From Acidobacteriota bacterium (lineage in GTDB: Bacteria > Acidobacteriota > Vicinamibacteria > Vicinamibacterales > UBA2999), in assembly GCA_016789705.1 (NCBI GenBank), contig JAEUQR010000005.1, forward strand, positions 215,343-279,342: a stretch of 64,000 nucleotides of DNA. Reading direction: 5' to 3'. The position numbers were made by a program, and so were the translations under genes. The notes under the pieces were generated by a model. The model had not been told where the DNA came from. It searched no databases and saw only the letters and a list, made by a program, of their open reading frames with translations. Below are positions 19,359 to 27,903 of the stretch, in pieces. Numbering within the stretch: the first letter of the stretch is position 1; each line of letters starts with the position of its first letter.

Positions 19359-21197
19359 GTGACATTCCGTCCTTCTCCGCTCCTCGCCTGCGCCGTTGCC
19401 TGTGCCGCGATCGGCTTCCTCGGGGGTGCGGCGGCCGCCCGCGACACCCTGATGCCCGTCGCCGATGTGCGTCCCGGCATGGTCGGCGTCGGCCGCACCG
19501 TGTTCAAGGGCGCCGCCATCGAAGAGTTCACGGTGCGGATCATCGGCACGCTCAAGAGTGTCGTGGCGCCGCAGCGCGATCTCATCCTGGCCAAGCTCGA
19601 AGGCGGCCCGCTCGCCGACACCGGGGTCATCGCCGGCATGAGCGGGAGTCCGGTCTACATCGACGGCAAGCTGCTCGGCGCCGTGTCGTATCAGCTCGGC
19701 CAGTTCCCGAAAGAGCCGATTGCCGGCATCACGCCGATTGCCGAGATGACCGACGCCACCGCCCTTGGCGCGGCCCGCGCGCTGCGTCCGGTGAGCCTGT
19801 CCCTCGGCGCCGCGGTGCCAGCCTCGGAGCTCCTGCCGCTCTGGCGCGCCGCGCTCACATCGCCCTCGCCTTTTGCGACCGGCGCGGGCGATCTGCTGGG
19901 AATGACCGTGAACGCCGGCCTGCCGCGCCAGGTGGGCCTGGATCTTCGGCCCATCACCGTGCCGATCACCGCCGGCGGCTTCGCCGACGGCGCCATCGAC
20001 CGGCTGCTGCCCGGGTGGCCCGGCGTCTCGGTCGTCGCCACATCGCAGACGGCGGCGGCGACCGCGGCGGCTGCCGCGCCGCTCGCCCCGGGCGATGCCG
20101 TCGGCGTGGCGCTTCTCTCGGGCGACTTCTCGATTGGCGCGACCGGCACGGTGACCCACGTGGACGGCGACAAGGTCTACGCCTTCGGCCACCCGCTCTA
20201 CAACCTCGGACCGACGGCGTTCCCGATGACGCGGGCCGACGTGATCGCGGTGCTGCCGAGCATGGTCACGTCGAGCAAGCTCGCGAGTCTCGGTGCCGTC
20301 GTCGGCACGATCTCGCAGGACCGCGCGACCGCCATCGCCGGCCGGATCGGGGCGCCGCCGCCGCTCGTGCCTGTGAAGGTTACGCTCAACTCGAAGCGGG
20401 CGCCGAGCCGCACCTTCTCCTTCCAGGTCGTGAACGACGAACTCTTCACGCCGCTCCTCACCTATCTCGCCGTCGCCAACGTGCTCACCTCGTACGAGCG
20501 GCAGACCGGCGCCGCCACCTACGTGCTCACGGGGGAGGCGCGGATCGCCGGCCAGCCGCCCGTGCGCTTTGACGACGTGTTCGTCGGGGATCAGGGCGCG
20601 GCGAACGCCGCCGCCTATGTGGCCGCGCCGCTCACCGTGCTGTATCGCAACGCGACCGAGCGGTTCTCACTCGATGGCATCACCCTCGCGATCGAGGCCG
20701 ACGAAGCGACGCGCACCGCCGAGATCGGCCGCGTGTGGATCGACGAGCCCGTCGTGCGGGCCGGCCGTCCGGCCCGCGTGCAGGTGCAGATCCGCACGCA
20801 CGAGGGCGAAGAGCGCCTGCTCTCGCAGACGATCGACATCCCCGCTAACGCCACCGGCTCGCTGCAGCTGCTCGTGAGCGACGGTCCGCGGATGGCGCTG
20901 CAGGACGCGCGCGGACGCGCCGACCTGCAGTCGGTCGCGCAGATCGTCCGTACCGCCAACCGCGGCAAGTCCAACCACCGCGTCTACCTGCGCCTGACCA
21001 CGAGCGCGCCCGGCGCGGTCATCGACGGCGAGCCGCTACCCGGTCTGCCGCCGTCGGTGGCCGGCGTCATCGACGCCGACCGCGGCGCCAGCGGCAGCAC
21101 GGTGCTTCGTTCGACGCCGCGCGGAGAATGGGCGCTCGCCGTGCCCTTCGCCGTGAGCGGTTCGCGCCAGATCACGATCGCCGTCGATCCCGACTGA
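19359..21197 (+). CDS. secreted peptidase S55 (SpoIVB-like serine peptidase) family protein
   Basis: Signal-like N-terminus. The N-terminal domain GVGRTVFKG..IEEF.V.IIG...LILAKLEGGPL..TGVIAGMSGSPVYIDGKLLGAVSY resembles the SpoIVB S55 catalytic region (GMSGSP). GTG start verified. Confidence 0.7.
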   Translation: MTFRPSPLLACAVACAAIGFLGGAAAARDTLMPVADVRPGMVGVGRTVFKGAAIEEFTVRIIGTLKSVVAPQRDLILAKLEGGPLADTGVIAGMSGSPVYIDGKLLGAVSYQLGQFPKEPIAGITPIAEMTDATALGAARALRPVSLSLGAAVPASELLPLWRAALTSPSPFATGAGDLLGMTVNAGLPRQVGLDLRPITVPITAGGFADGAIDRLLPGWPGVSVVATSQTAAATAAAAAPLAPGDAVGVALLSGDFSIGATGTVTHVDGDKVYAFGHPLYNLGPTAFPMTRADVIAVLPSMVTSSKLASLGAVVGTISQDRATAIAGRIGAPPPLVPVKVTLNSKRAPSRTFSFQVVNDELFTPLLTYLAVANVLTSYERQTGAATYVLTGEARIAGQPPVRFDDVFVGDQGAANAAAYVAAPLTVLYRNATERFSLDGITLAIEADEATRTAEIGRVWIDEPVVRAGRPARVQVQIRTHEGEERLLSQTIDIPANATGSLQLLVSDGPRMALQDARGRADLQSVAQIVRTANRGKSNHRVYLRLTTSAPGAVIDGEPLPGLPPSVAGVIDADRGASGSTVLRSTPRGEWALAVPFAVSGSRQITIAVDPD

Positions 21198-21235
21198 CCG
21201 TCCCCGTCCGGGGACTCCGCGTGGCCACCATTCCG

Positions 21236-23443
21236 ATGCCCAGACTTCTCGTTCCGTTCGTGTTGTTCCTCGTGGCGGCGGCCACGTCGCTGTCCGCCGG
21301 TCCCGACGTGTGGCGGGCGGCCACGCAGGCCGAATTCCTCAAGGGCGATCTCGAGCAGGTCTCGGTGGACGAACACGGCCGCCTCATGCTCGGTCCGGCC
21401 ATCGCGAAGGTGTATGAGACCGGCGCGCCGTTCGTGTGGACGGTGTTGAGCGATGGGAGCGGCACGACCTATCTCGGCACCGGTAACGACGGCAAGGTCT
21501 TCAAGGTGGATGCGAGCGGGCGCGGCTCGCTCTTCCACGATGCGCCTGAACTCGAAGTGCATGCGCTGGCGCCGGCACCGGGAGGCGGGCTCTACGTGGG
21601 CACGTCACCCGACGGGCGCGTCTACAAGGTGGACGCGAACGGCGCGGCGACGCCCTTCTTCGATCCCGACGAGAAGTACATCTGGGCGATTGAGGCCGAC
21701 GCGAGCGGCCAGCTCTTCGTGGCGACCGGTGACCCGAAGGGCCGTATCTATCGCGTGAACGCCGCCGGTGCCGCCACGCCGCTCTTCACGACGTCGGCCA
21801 CGCACATTGTCTCGATGGCGCGCGACCGCGAACGCCGACTCGTCGTCGGCACCGAATCGCCGGGCCGCGTGTTCCGGGTCGACGCCGAAGGGCGGCCGTT
21901 CCTGCTGCTCGACACCAACCTGCAGGAAGTACGCGCCATCCGACCCGACGCGCGCGGCCGCCTGTTCGTCGTGGCGCAGGCGCGCCGCAGCAGCGATGGC
22001 GGCGAGGCCACGACGGCCGCGGCACCGGCGGAGGCCCCGCGGGCCCCTGTGCCGAACGTCACCGTGTCGATTACGTCGATGGCGGTGGTCGACAACCAGC
22101 CGGCCACGCCCGCGGCGGGCGGCGGGGCGGCCGGCGGCGGGGCCGTGACGGGCGCCCTCTTCAAAATCGACGCCGACGGCGCGGCGGAACAGATCTGGGA
22201 ATCCCGCGACGACACGCCCTACGATGTCGCGCCGCTCGAGAACGGCGCGCTGCTCGTTGCGACCGGCCATCGCGGCAAGCTCTATCGCCTCGAGGGTGAG
22301 CCGCTGCGCGCGACGCTGCTTGGCCGCGTGCCGGGCCGGCAGGCGGTGCAGCTGCTGACGTCGGCGGACCGCACGCTCGTGGCCACGTCGAACGCCGGCG
22401 CCCTCGTACGTGTGGACGCGGGACACGCCGATCGCGGCACCTACACGTCGGAGGTGCGCGACGCCAAGGCGGTGGCTCGCTGGGGCGCGCTCGCCTGGCG
22501 CGCCACGACCCCGGCCGGCACGCGCGTCGAGGTCGCGACGCGCTCGGGCAACACGCCGACGCCCGACGAGGGGTGGAGCCCCTGGAGCGCGGCCGCCACG
22601 AGCGCCGACGGCAGCGCCATCACGAGCCCCACCGCGCGCTATCTCCAGTGGCGTCTGACGCTCACCGGCAAGGACGCGAGCCCGGTCGTCACGTCCGTCT
22701 CGGCCGCCTATCTCCAGCGCAACCAGCGCCCTGTGGTCAGCGGGCTGGTGGTCCATCCGCCGGGTGTCGTGTTCCAGAAGCCCTTCTCCACCGGCGAGAC
22801 CGAAATCGCAGGCTATCGTGCCGAGGCGGCGGAACGGCGCTTGTCGAACCAGGGCCAGCCGCCGCCCTCCACCGGCGCCCCGGCCCTCGGACGGCGCACC
22901 TACCAGCAGGGCCTGCAGACGATCGTCTGGAAGGGCGATGATGCCAACGGCGACGAGCTGATGTTCGATGTGTCGTTCCGCCGCGAGGGCGACACGGCGT
23001 GGACGCCGCTCGCCACCGGTCTCACCGACGCCATCTATGTGTGGGACACCGCGTCGGTGCCGAGCGGGCACTACGTGCTGCGCATCGCGGCCTCGGACGC
23101 GCTGTCGCAGCCGGCCGACCATGCGCTCGTCGGCGAACTCGAATCGTCGGTCGTGGAAGTGGATGCGGTCGCGCCGGTCGTCACAGTGCGCCCGGCCACC
23201 CGAGCGGGGGATCGGCTGAGCGTCACCGTGGACGTGCGGGACCAGCACTCGCCCGTCGCCCGCGTGGAGTATTCACTCGACGGCGCGCCGTGGGTGCCGG
23301 CCTACCCTGCTGATGGCCTGCTCGACAGCCGCACCGAGACGATTACGCTCAGCCTCCCGGCCAGCGCCCAGGGCAAGATGCTGGTGGTGCGGGCCACCGA
23401 CACGCTCCACAACGTCGGCGTGACCGACGCGGCGCTCCGGTGA
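21236..23443 (+). CDS. secreted beta-propeller protein with a C-terminal Y_Y_Y/Ig-like region (hypothetical)
   Basis: Signal peptide MPRLLVPFVLFLVAAATSLSA. Repeated G..Y(V/L)GT...G(R/K)(V/I)(Y/F)(K/R)VD..G units suggest propeller blades. The C-terminal IYVWDTASVPSGHYVLRIAASD resembles the Y_Y_Y domain of two-component-regulator propeller proteins. ATG verified at 21236. Confidence 0.65.
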   Translation: MPRLLVPFVLFLVAAATSLSAGPDVWRAATQAEFLKGDLEQVSVDEHGRLMLGPAIAKVYETGAPFVWTVLSDGSGTTYLGTGNDGKVFKVDASGRGSLFHDAPELEVHALAPAPGGGLYVGTSPDGRVYKVDANGAATPFFDPDEKYIWAIEADASGQLFVATGDPKGRIYRVNAAGAATPLFTTSATHIVSMARDRERRLVVGTESPGRVFRVDAEGRPFLLLDTNLQEVRAIRPDARGRLFVVAQARRSSDGGEATTAAAPAEAPRAPVPNVTVSITSMAVVDNQPATPAAGGGAAGGGAVTGALFKIDADGAAEQIWESRDDTPYDVAPLENGALLVATGHRGKLYRLEGEPLRATLLGRVPGRQAVQLLTSADRTLVATSNAGALVRVDAGHADRGTYTSEVRDAKAVARWGALAWRATTPAGTRVEVATRSGNTPTPDEGWSPWSAAATSADGSAITSPTARYLQWRLTLTGKDASPVVTSVSAAYLQRNQRPVVSGLVVHPPGVVFQKPFSTGETEIAGYRAEAAERRLSNQGQPPPSTGAPALGRRTYQQGLQTIVWKGDDANGDELMFDVSFRREGDTAWTPLATGLTDAIYVWDTASVPSGHYVLRIAASDALSQPADHALVGELESSVVEVDAVAPVVTVRPATRAGDRLSVTVDVRDQHSPVARVEYSLDGAPWVPAYPADGLLDSRTETITLSLPASAQGKMLVVRATDTLHNVGVTDAALR

Positions 23444-23455
23444 GCTGAAGCGCAA

Positions 23456-24337
23456 TCAGCCGGCGAACGACGCGCTGGCGGCGGGTGACGTCACCGGCCC
23501 GGGCACGTTCAGCGCGACCGGCTTCGACCGCGGCGGCCGCTGTGGCCCGAGGCCCGATTCGGGCGTCGGCTCGAGGGGCCGCATCAGGCGCTCCACATCG
23601 GCGGCGCTGCCGACGACCGTGGTGTGCGCGAGCAGCCACACGAGACTCACGGCCACGGGCGCGCCACCGGCGCGGGCCGGCTCGAACTGCGCGCGCGAGG
23701 CCGCTTCGATCATCGCCAGCACGACCTCGGGTTTCACTTTGAGCGCCCGCGCCTGTTCGGCGGCGAGCACGTCGATATTCTGGATGCGGCCCTCGCGGGT
23801 GACCACGGCCGAGAGCGCCAGCACGGCGTCTTCGCCGGCAAGTGGCCAGTCGGACGATTCATGGCGGCGTGGCACCATCGTGAATTCGTCGATGCGCGCC
23901 GGATTGACGTTCGATCCGGGGCTGGCGAGATAGTCGATGACGCCGGCGAGGGAATCGGGCCGCTGCACGGCTGTGGCCTGCATCACGCCGGCCGATGCCA
24001 GCAGACAGACGATCACCGCGCCCGTGGCGCCAATCGCCGGCCACACGAGATGCATGTCGTCGAAGACGTGCGCCAGCCACGTGTGCCACGAGAGCTGGCG
24101 TTCCACCTGCACCTGGTCGAGCACGTTGCCGGACCAGCCATCGGGCGGCGCGAGCGAGCGGCCTGACGGCGCCTCGTGGAACGCGGCGCTCAGGCTGCGC
24201 AGCGCCTCGACTTCGTAGGCGCAACCGGCGCATTCGTCGAGATGGGCGCGCACGGCCAGGTGCGTTTCGAGCGGCAGTTCGCCGTCGTGGAACGCCTCGA
24301 GGTGCTGGCGCACGCCCTCGCACGGCACGAGCATCAT
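23456..24337 (-). CDS. anti-sigma factor (zf-HC2) with one TM helix and a TonB-C-like periplasmic domain
   Basis: MMLVPCEGVRQHLEAFHDGELP...HLDECAGC carries H-x3-C-x2-C. A TM helix (VWPAIGATGAVIVCLLASAGV) follows. The C-terminal VVTREGRIQNIDVL...IEAASRAQFEPARAGGAPVAV resembles TonB_C. Its start overlaps the sigma-factor stop by 4 nt. Confidence 0.75.
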   Translation of the reverse strand: MMLVPCEGVRQHLEAFHDGELPLETHLAVRAHLDECAGCAYEVEALRSLSAAFHEAPSGRSLAPPDGWSGNVLDQVQVERQLSWHTWLAHVFDDMHLVWPAIGATGAVIVCLLASAGVMQATAVQRPDSLAGVIDYLASPGSNVNPARIDEFTMVPRRHESSDWPLAGEDAVLALSAVVTREGRIQNIDVLAAEQARALKVKPEVVLAMIEAASRAQFEPARAGGAPVAVSLVWLLAHTTVVGSAADVERLMRPLEPTPESGLGPQRPPRSKPVALNVPGPVTSPAASASFAG

Positions 24338-24966
24338 GCGCGCTCCTCGACGAGGTCGGCGCGCAGCGCCTGGCGGGCGCGCGTGAGGCGCGACTTCACG
24401 GTGCCGACGGCGATATCGAGCGAGAAGGCGATCTCTTCGTAGCTGAGGCCGTCGAACTCGCGCAGTACCACCGCGGTGCGCTGGTCGAACGGCAGGCGGT
24501 CCAGGGCTCGCCAGAGACGGGCCGCGGCTTCCTTGCGCGCGAGCAGGCGATCGGGGGCGGCGACGTCGGCTCGCTGCGGCAGTTCGCCGTGGGTTTCGAC
24601 GTGCTGGTCGAGCGACACCTGGTCGCTCTGGCGCCGGCGCCGCCACCAGCGCTGCCGGTTCCGGGCCTGGTTGATGACGATGCGATAGATCCAGGTGCGC
24701 AGCGACGACTGGCCGCGGAAGGTGCCCATCATGCGGAACACCCGCAGGAACACTTCCTGGGAGAGGTCGAGGGCTTCCTCACGCGTGCCGAGCAGGTGGT
24801 AGGCGAGCTGGTATACCATCCGCTCGTGCGTGGTGACGAGCTCGGCGCACGCCGTCTCGTCGCCGGCGGCACAGCGCCGCAGCAGATCGGCTTCGTCCGC
24901 GCCGACATCCGACCATCCGAGGGCTCGTGCGTCCTTCACAGCTGGGGTGGCGAAGAATCGTCCCAT
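24334..24966 (-). CDS. ECF-type RNA polymerase sigma-70 factor
   Basis: Region 2 (DLSQEVFLRVFR...RTWIYRIVINQARNRQR) and region 4 (LREFDGLSYEEIAFSLDIAVGTVKSRLTRAR). Confidence 0.9.
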   Translation of the reverse strand: MGRFFATPAVKDARALGWSDVGADEADLLRRCAAGDETACAELVTTHERMVYQLAYHLLGTREEALDLSQEVFLRVFRMMGTFRGQSSLRTWIYRIVINQARNRQRWWRRRRQSDQVSLDQHVETHGELPQRADVAAPDRLLARKEAAARLWRALDRLPFDQRTAVVLREFDGLSYEEIAFSLDIAVGTVKSRLTRARQALRADLVEERA

Positions 24967-25004
24967 GTCAGTGTAGCACCCTGGAAAGAGGTGGAGCGTG
25001 GAAC

Positions 25005-25033
25005 GTTAGAACCCGCCGCCGCTGAAAGGTTCC
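25005..25033 (-). promoter_or_regulatory. candidate ECF-type (autoregulatory) promoter
   Basis: Minus strand: GGAACCT (25033-25027), 16 nt, then TCTAAC (25010-25005). The element ends 38 nt upstream of the sigma-factor ATG at 24966. It matches the generic ECF GGAAC / TCTRA-type layout. Confidence 0.4.
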
Positions 25034-25051
25034 CTTTGTTACCATCGGCGG

Positions 25052-26461
25052 GTGTCGAGGTATCTGGGCTGGCCGCTGGCGCTGGCCGTCACCCTGCTCG
25101 TGGCCGTCGCCGCCGTGCTGGCGGTGGTGTCGCTGCGGAACGAGCGTGAGTACACCCGGCTCGTCGCGGCAGGCGACACCGCGCTCGCCGCGTCGGATCT
25201 CGGTGCGGCCATCGAGGCGTACACCGGCGCCATCACGCTCAATCCGGATTCGATGGCTGCCCACCTCAAGCGTGGACTCGCCTACCGTCAGCGCCGGGAA
25301 CTCGAGGCCGCCCTGCGCGACCTGCGGCGCGCCTCCGAGCTCGACCCCTCGGTGCCGCGTGTCTTCGAATGGCAGGGCGACGTGAACCTCGACCTCGGGC
25401 GGTACTCCCGGGCCGCCGAACGGTTCGCGCAGAGCGTGCGGCTCGACGACCGTCAGGCCGACGTGCACTACAAGCTCGCCGTGGCCCACTACCGCGAAGG
25501 CCGCGCCGGGGCGGCCGTGGAGCCACTGCGTCGAGCCGTGGCGCTCGACGCCAATCACGCCGAAGCGCACTACCTGCTCGGGCTCTGCCTGCGCGATCTG
25601 GGCCGCCTCGATGACGCCCTGGGGGCGCTCACGACGGCAGCCCGACTCGCGCCCGGACTGCTCGCCGTGCGCGAGGCCCGCGCCGATGTCTTCCAGGCGC
25701 GCGGCCAGACGGCCCGCGCGGTCGACGAACTCGACGCGCTCGCCGCGCTCGAGCCAGAGCGTGCCGAACGCGCCGTGGCCGTGGCGACGGCCTACGTGCG
25801 GGCCGGGCGCCACGATGCCGCCGTCCTGGCCCTGGGGCGTGCGGCTGAACGGTTTCCCGAGAGCGCACTCGTGTACACAACGCTCGGCGGCGTGTGGCTC
25901 CGCGCGGCCGAGACTGGCGACCGCGTCGCCCTCGACAAGGCGGTCGCGGCGCTCACGCGCGCCGCGGGGCTGCCCGGGGCCAACGGCGAGACGCTGGCCC
26001 TGCTCGGCCAGGCCCGTCTTCGCTCCGGCGACCTGGACGGCGCCGAACGCGACCTGCGCGCCGCGGTGCGGCGTGTGCCGGTGCGCGCCGAGGCCTATCG
26101 CGCCCTGGCCGACGTCTTCGAGCGGCGCGGTGCGCCGGGCGATGCGCTCGACGCGCTCGAGAAGTTCGCGACGCTCGCCGCCGGCACACCCGCCGCCGGC
26201 GCCGTCACCCCCAGACTCGGCGACCTGGCGATGCGCATGGGCGACCCGCACGGCGCCGCGTATTGGTACGAACGGGCCACCGCCGAACTCGGGCCGTCGC
26301 CCGCCCTGCTGCTCAAGCGGGCGGAGGCGGACCTGAGCCGCGGCGAGCGCGATCACGCCCGGCAGCTCGTGGCAGACGGCCTCGCCATCGAGCCCGGCCA
26401 CGCCGGCCTGCGGGCGCTGGAGAGGGCGCTCGTGCGTCCGCCCGTGCCCGTGGCGCGCTGA
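25052..26461 (+). CDS. membrane-anchored tetratricopeptide (TPR) repeat protein
   Basis: N-terminal TM helix (LGWPLALAVTLLVAVAAVLAVV) followed by many 34-aa TPR-like units (A..Y..A..L.P....A...LG). GTG start at 25052. Confidence 0.75.
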   Translation: MSRYLGWPLALAVTLLVAVAAVLAVVSLRNEREYTRLVAAGDTALAASDLGAAIEAYTGAITLNPDSMAAHLKRGLAYRQRRELEAALRDLRRASELDPSVPRVFEWQGDVNLDLGRYSRAAERFAQSVRLDDRQADVHYKLAVAHYREGRAGAAVEPLRRAVALDANHAEAHYLLGLCLRDLGRLDDALGALTTAARLAPGLLAVREARADVFQARGQTARAVDELDALAALEPERAERAVAVATAYVRAGRHDAAVLALGRAAERFPESALVYTTLGGVWLRAAETGDRVALDKAVAALTRAAGLPGANGETLALLGQARLRSGDLDGAERDLRAAVRRVPVRAEAYRALADVFERRGAPGDALDALEKFATLAAGTPAAGAVTPRLGDLAMRMGDPHGAAYWYERATAELGPSPALLLKRAEADLSRGERDHARQLVADGLAIEPGHAGLRALERALVRPPVPVAR

Positions 26462-26501
26462 GCCGCGCCTCGTCAGACGCCGTGCCCGGGCCACACCGTG
26501 T

Positions 26502-27809
26502 TCACCCGGTGCGCTCCAGGGCGGCCCCGCCGTCGCGCGCAAGGCCGAGCCGCGTCGTGAGCTTGGCGAGGCCCTGGCGCGAGAGACCGAGTTCACGCGC
26601 CACCACTGCCGGCCGCCGGCCGCAGCGCTCGAAGGCCGCGCGCACGAACTGCGCCTCGAAGGCGCGGCGCGCCTCGTCGAGCGTCGGCGGCCGGTCGCGC
26701 TCGGGGCCCGTCCACACCCCGACCGCGTCGTCGCGGGTCACGAGGCCGCGCGCGGGCCCCGCCGCGGCCACCGCCGTGACCACGTTCTGCAGTTCCCGCG
26801 CGTTGCCCGGCCAGTCGTGGGCGGCGAGTGTGGTGACGAGTGACGGCGCCAGCCGGGCGGCACGGCGCAGGCGCTGCATCGTCTGCCGCCAGAAGTGATC
26901 GACGAGGGGCGGAATGTCGTCGCGCCGCTCGCGCAGCGGCGGCACGACCAGCCGTACGACGTCGAGGCGGAAACGCAGGTCGAGGCGGAAACGCCCGGCC
27001 ACCACTTCGTCGCGCAACGGCCGGTTGGTGGCCGACACGACGCGGACGTCGACGCGCCGCGGGTGATTTTCGCCGAGGCGCCGCACTTCCCCTTCCTGCA
27101 GCACACGCAGCAGCTTGGCCTGTGCGCGCGGCGAGAGCTCCGCCACTTCGTCGAGGAAGAGTGTGCCGCCATGCGCTTCCTCGAAGAGCCCGCGGCGTTC
27201 GATTGCGGCGCCGGTGAAGGCTCCACGCGCGTGCCCGAAGAGTTCCGCATCGACGAGTTCGTCGGAGAGTGCGGCGCAGTTCACGGCCACGAAGGGCGCG
27301 GCGCGACGTGGTCCGGCCAGATGGAGCGCGCGGGCCACGACTTCCTTGCCGACGCCGCTCTCCCCTTCGACGAGCACCGGCACGAGCGCGGCCGCCGCGC
27401 GCGGAATGAGCTCGCGCAGGTGCCGCATCGCCAGGCTCACGCCGACGAGCCCGTAGAGCGCGTCGTGCGGCGGCGGCACCGGCGGCGTCTCCATCGACGC
27501 CACGAGCGGCGCCACGATATCTGCGGCGGCGAGCACGAGTCCGCGATGCGGTTCGACGTTGGCGTGCCCGCACCAGGCGAGCTGCGCCACCGGGTCGTCG
27601 CCGTAGACGATCGGCGTGGCTTCGACACCGCGCCCCCCGGGCTCGGGCAGCCGGCCGCTGCCGGCCACGACCGACTGCGGATCGCCGCGCCACACCGCCA
27701 CGCCGTCAGCGCCGAGCGCCGCTCGCAGGTGGCGACAGATGCGTTCGACGGCGCGGTGATCGTTGCGGGTGGCGGCAGTCACGGCGAAGCTCCGGCCGCG
27801 GCACTGCAA
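26502..27809 (-). CDS. sigma-54-dependent transcriptional activator (sensor domain + AAA+ + Fis-type HTH)
   Basis: Walker A GESGVGKEVVARALH, the GAFTGA sigma-54 contact loop, and a C-terminal HTH ...RELGLSRQGLAKLTTRLG. The N-terminal roughly 115 aa are a small GAF-like sensor; there is no receiver domain. Start is TTG 27809 or GTG 27782. Confidence 0.85.
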   Translation of the reverse strand: MQCRGRSFAVTAATRNDHRAVERICRHLRAALGADGVAVWRGDPQSVVAGSGRLPEPGGRGVEATPIVYGDDPVAQLAWCGHANVEPHRGLVLAAADIVAPLVASMETPPVPPPHDALYGLVGVSLAMRHLRELIPRAAAALVPVLVEGESGVGKEVVARALHLAGPRRAAPFVAVNCAALSDELVDAELFGHARGAFTGAAIERRGLFEEAHGGTLFLDEVAELSPRAQAKLLRVLQEGEVRRLGENHPRRVDVRVVSATNRPLRDEVVAGRFRLDLRFRLDVVRLVVPPLRERRDDIPPLVDHFWRQTMQRLRRAARLAPSLVTTLAAHDWPGNARELQNVVTAVAAAGPARGLVTRDDAVGVWTGPERDRPPTLDEARRAFEAQFVRAAFERCGRRPAVVARELGLSRQGLAKLTTRLGLARDGGAALERTG

Positions 27810-27866
27810 GGGACGGACCGGCGGCGGATGTCCGGCCGTTCGGTGCCTCGGACGGCGACGTCGCGC

Positions 27867-27894
27867 TGGAGACCGCAGAAAGTTCGTTTACAAT
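27867..27894 (+). promoter_or_regulatory. candidate promoter of the aroC-def-fmt... operon (near-leaderless)
   Basis: TGGAGA (27867-27872), 16 nt, then TACAAT (27889-27894). The -10 box ends 9 nt before ATG 27904. Confidence 0.3.
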
Positions 27895-27903
27895 TTCGAG
27901 GCA

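Noticed and set aside
19066-19639. The 172-aa and 72-aa minus-strand ORFs spanning the aroDE/S55 divergent spacer and the 5' end of the S55 gene.
   Set aside because: They overlap the S55 peptidase coding region and the promoter region, and they have junk-like composition. Only the last 21 codons of the 172-aa frame (the WYWYW leader) are considered potentially meaningful.
24982-24998. CTGGAAAGAGGTGGAGC upstream of the TPR gene, considered as a -24/-12 promoter for the nearby sigma-54 activator.
   Set aside because: The GG-to-GC spacing is 11 nt rather than 10, and the -24 box is TGGAAA rather than TGGCAC. This is too weak a match.
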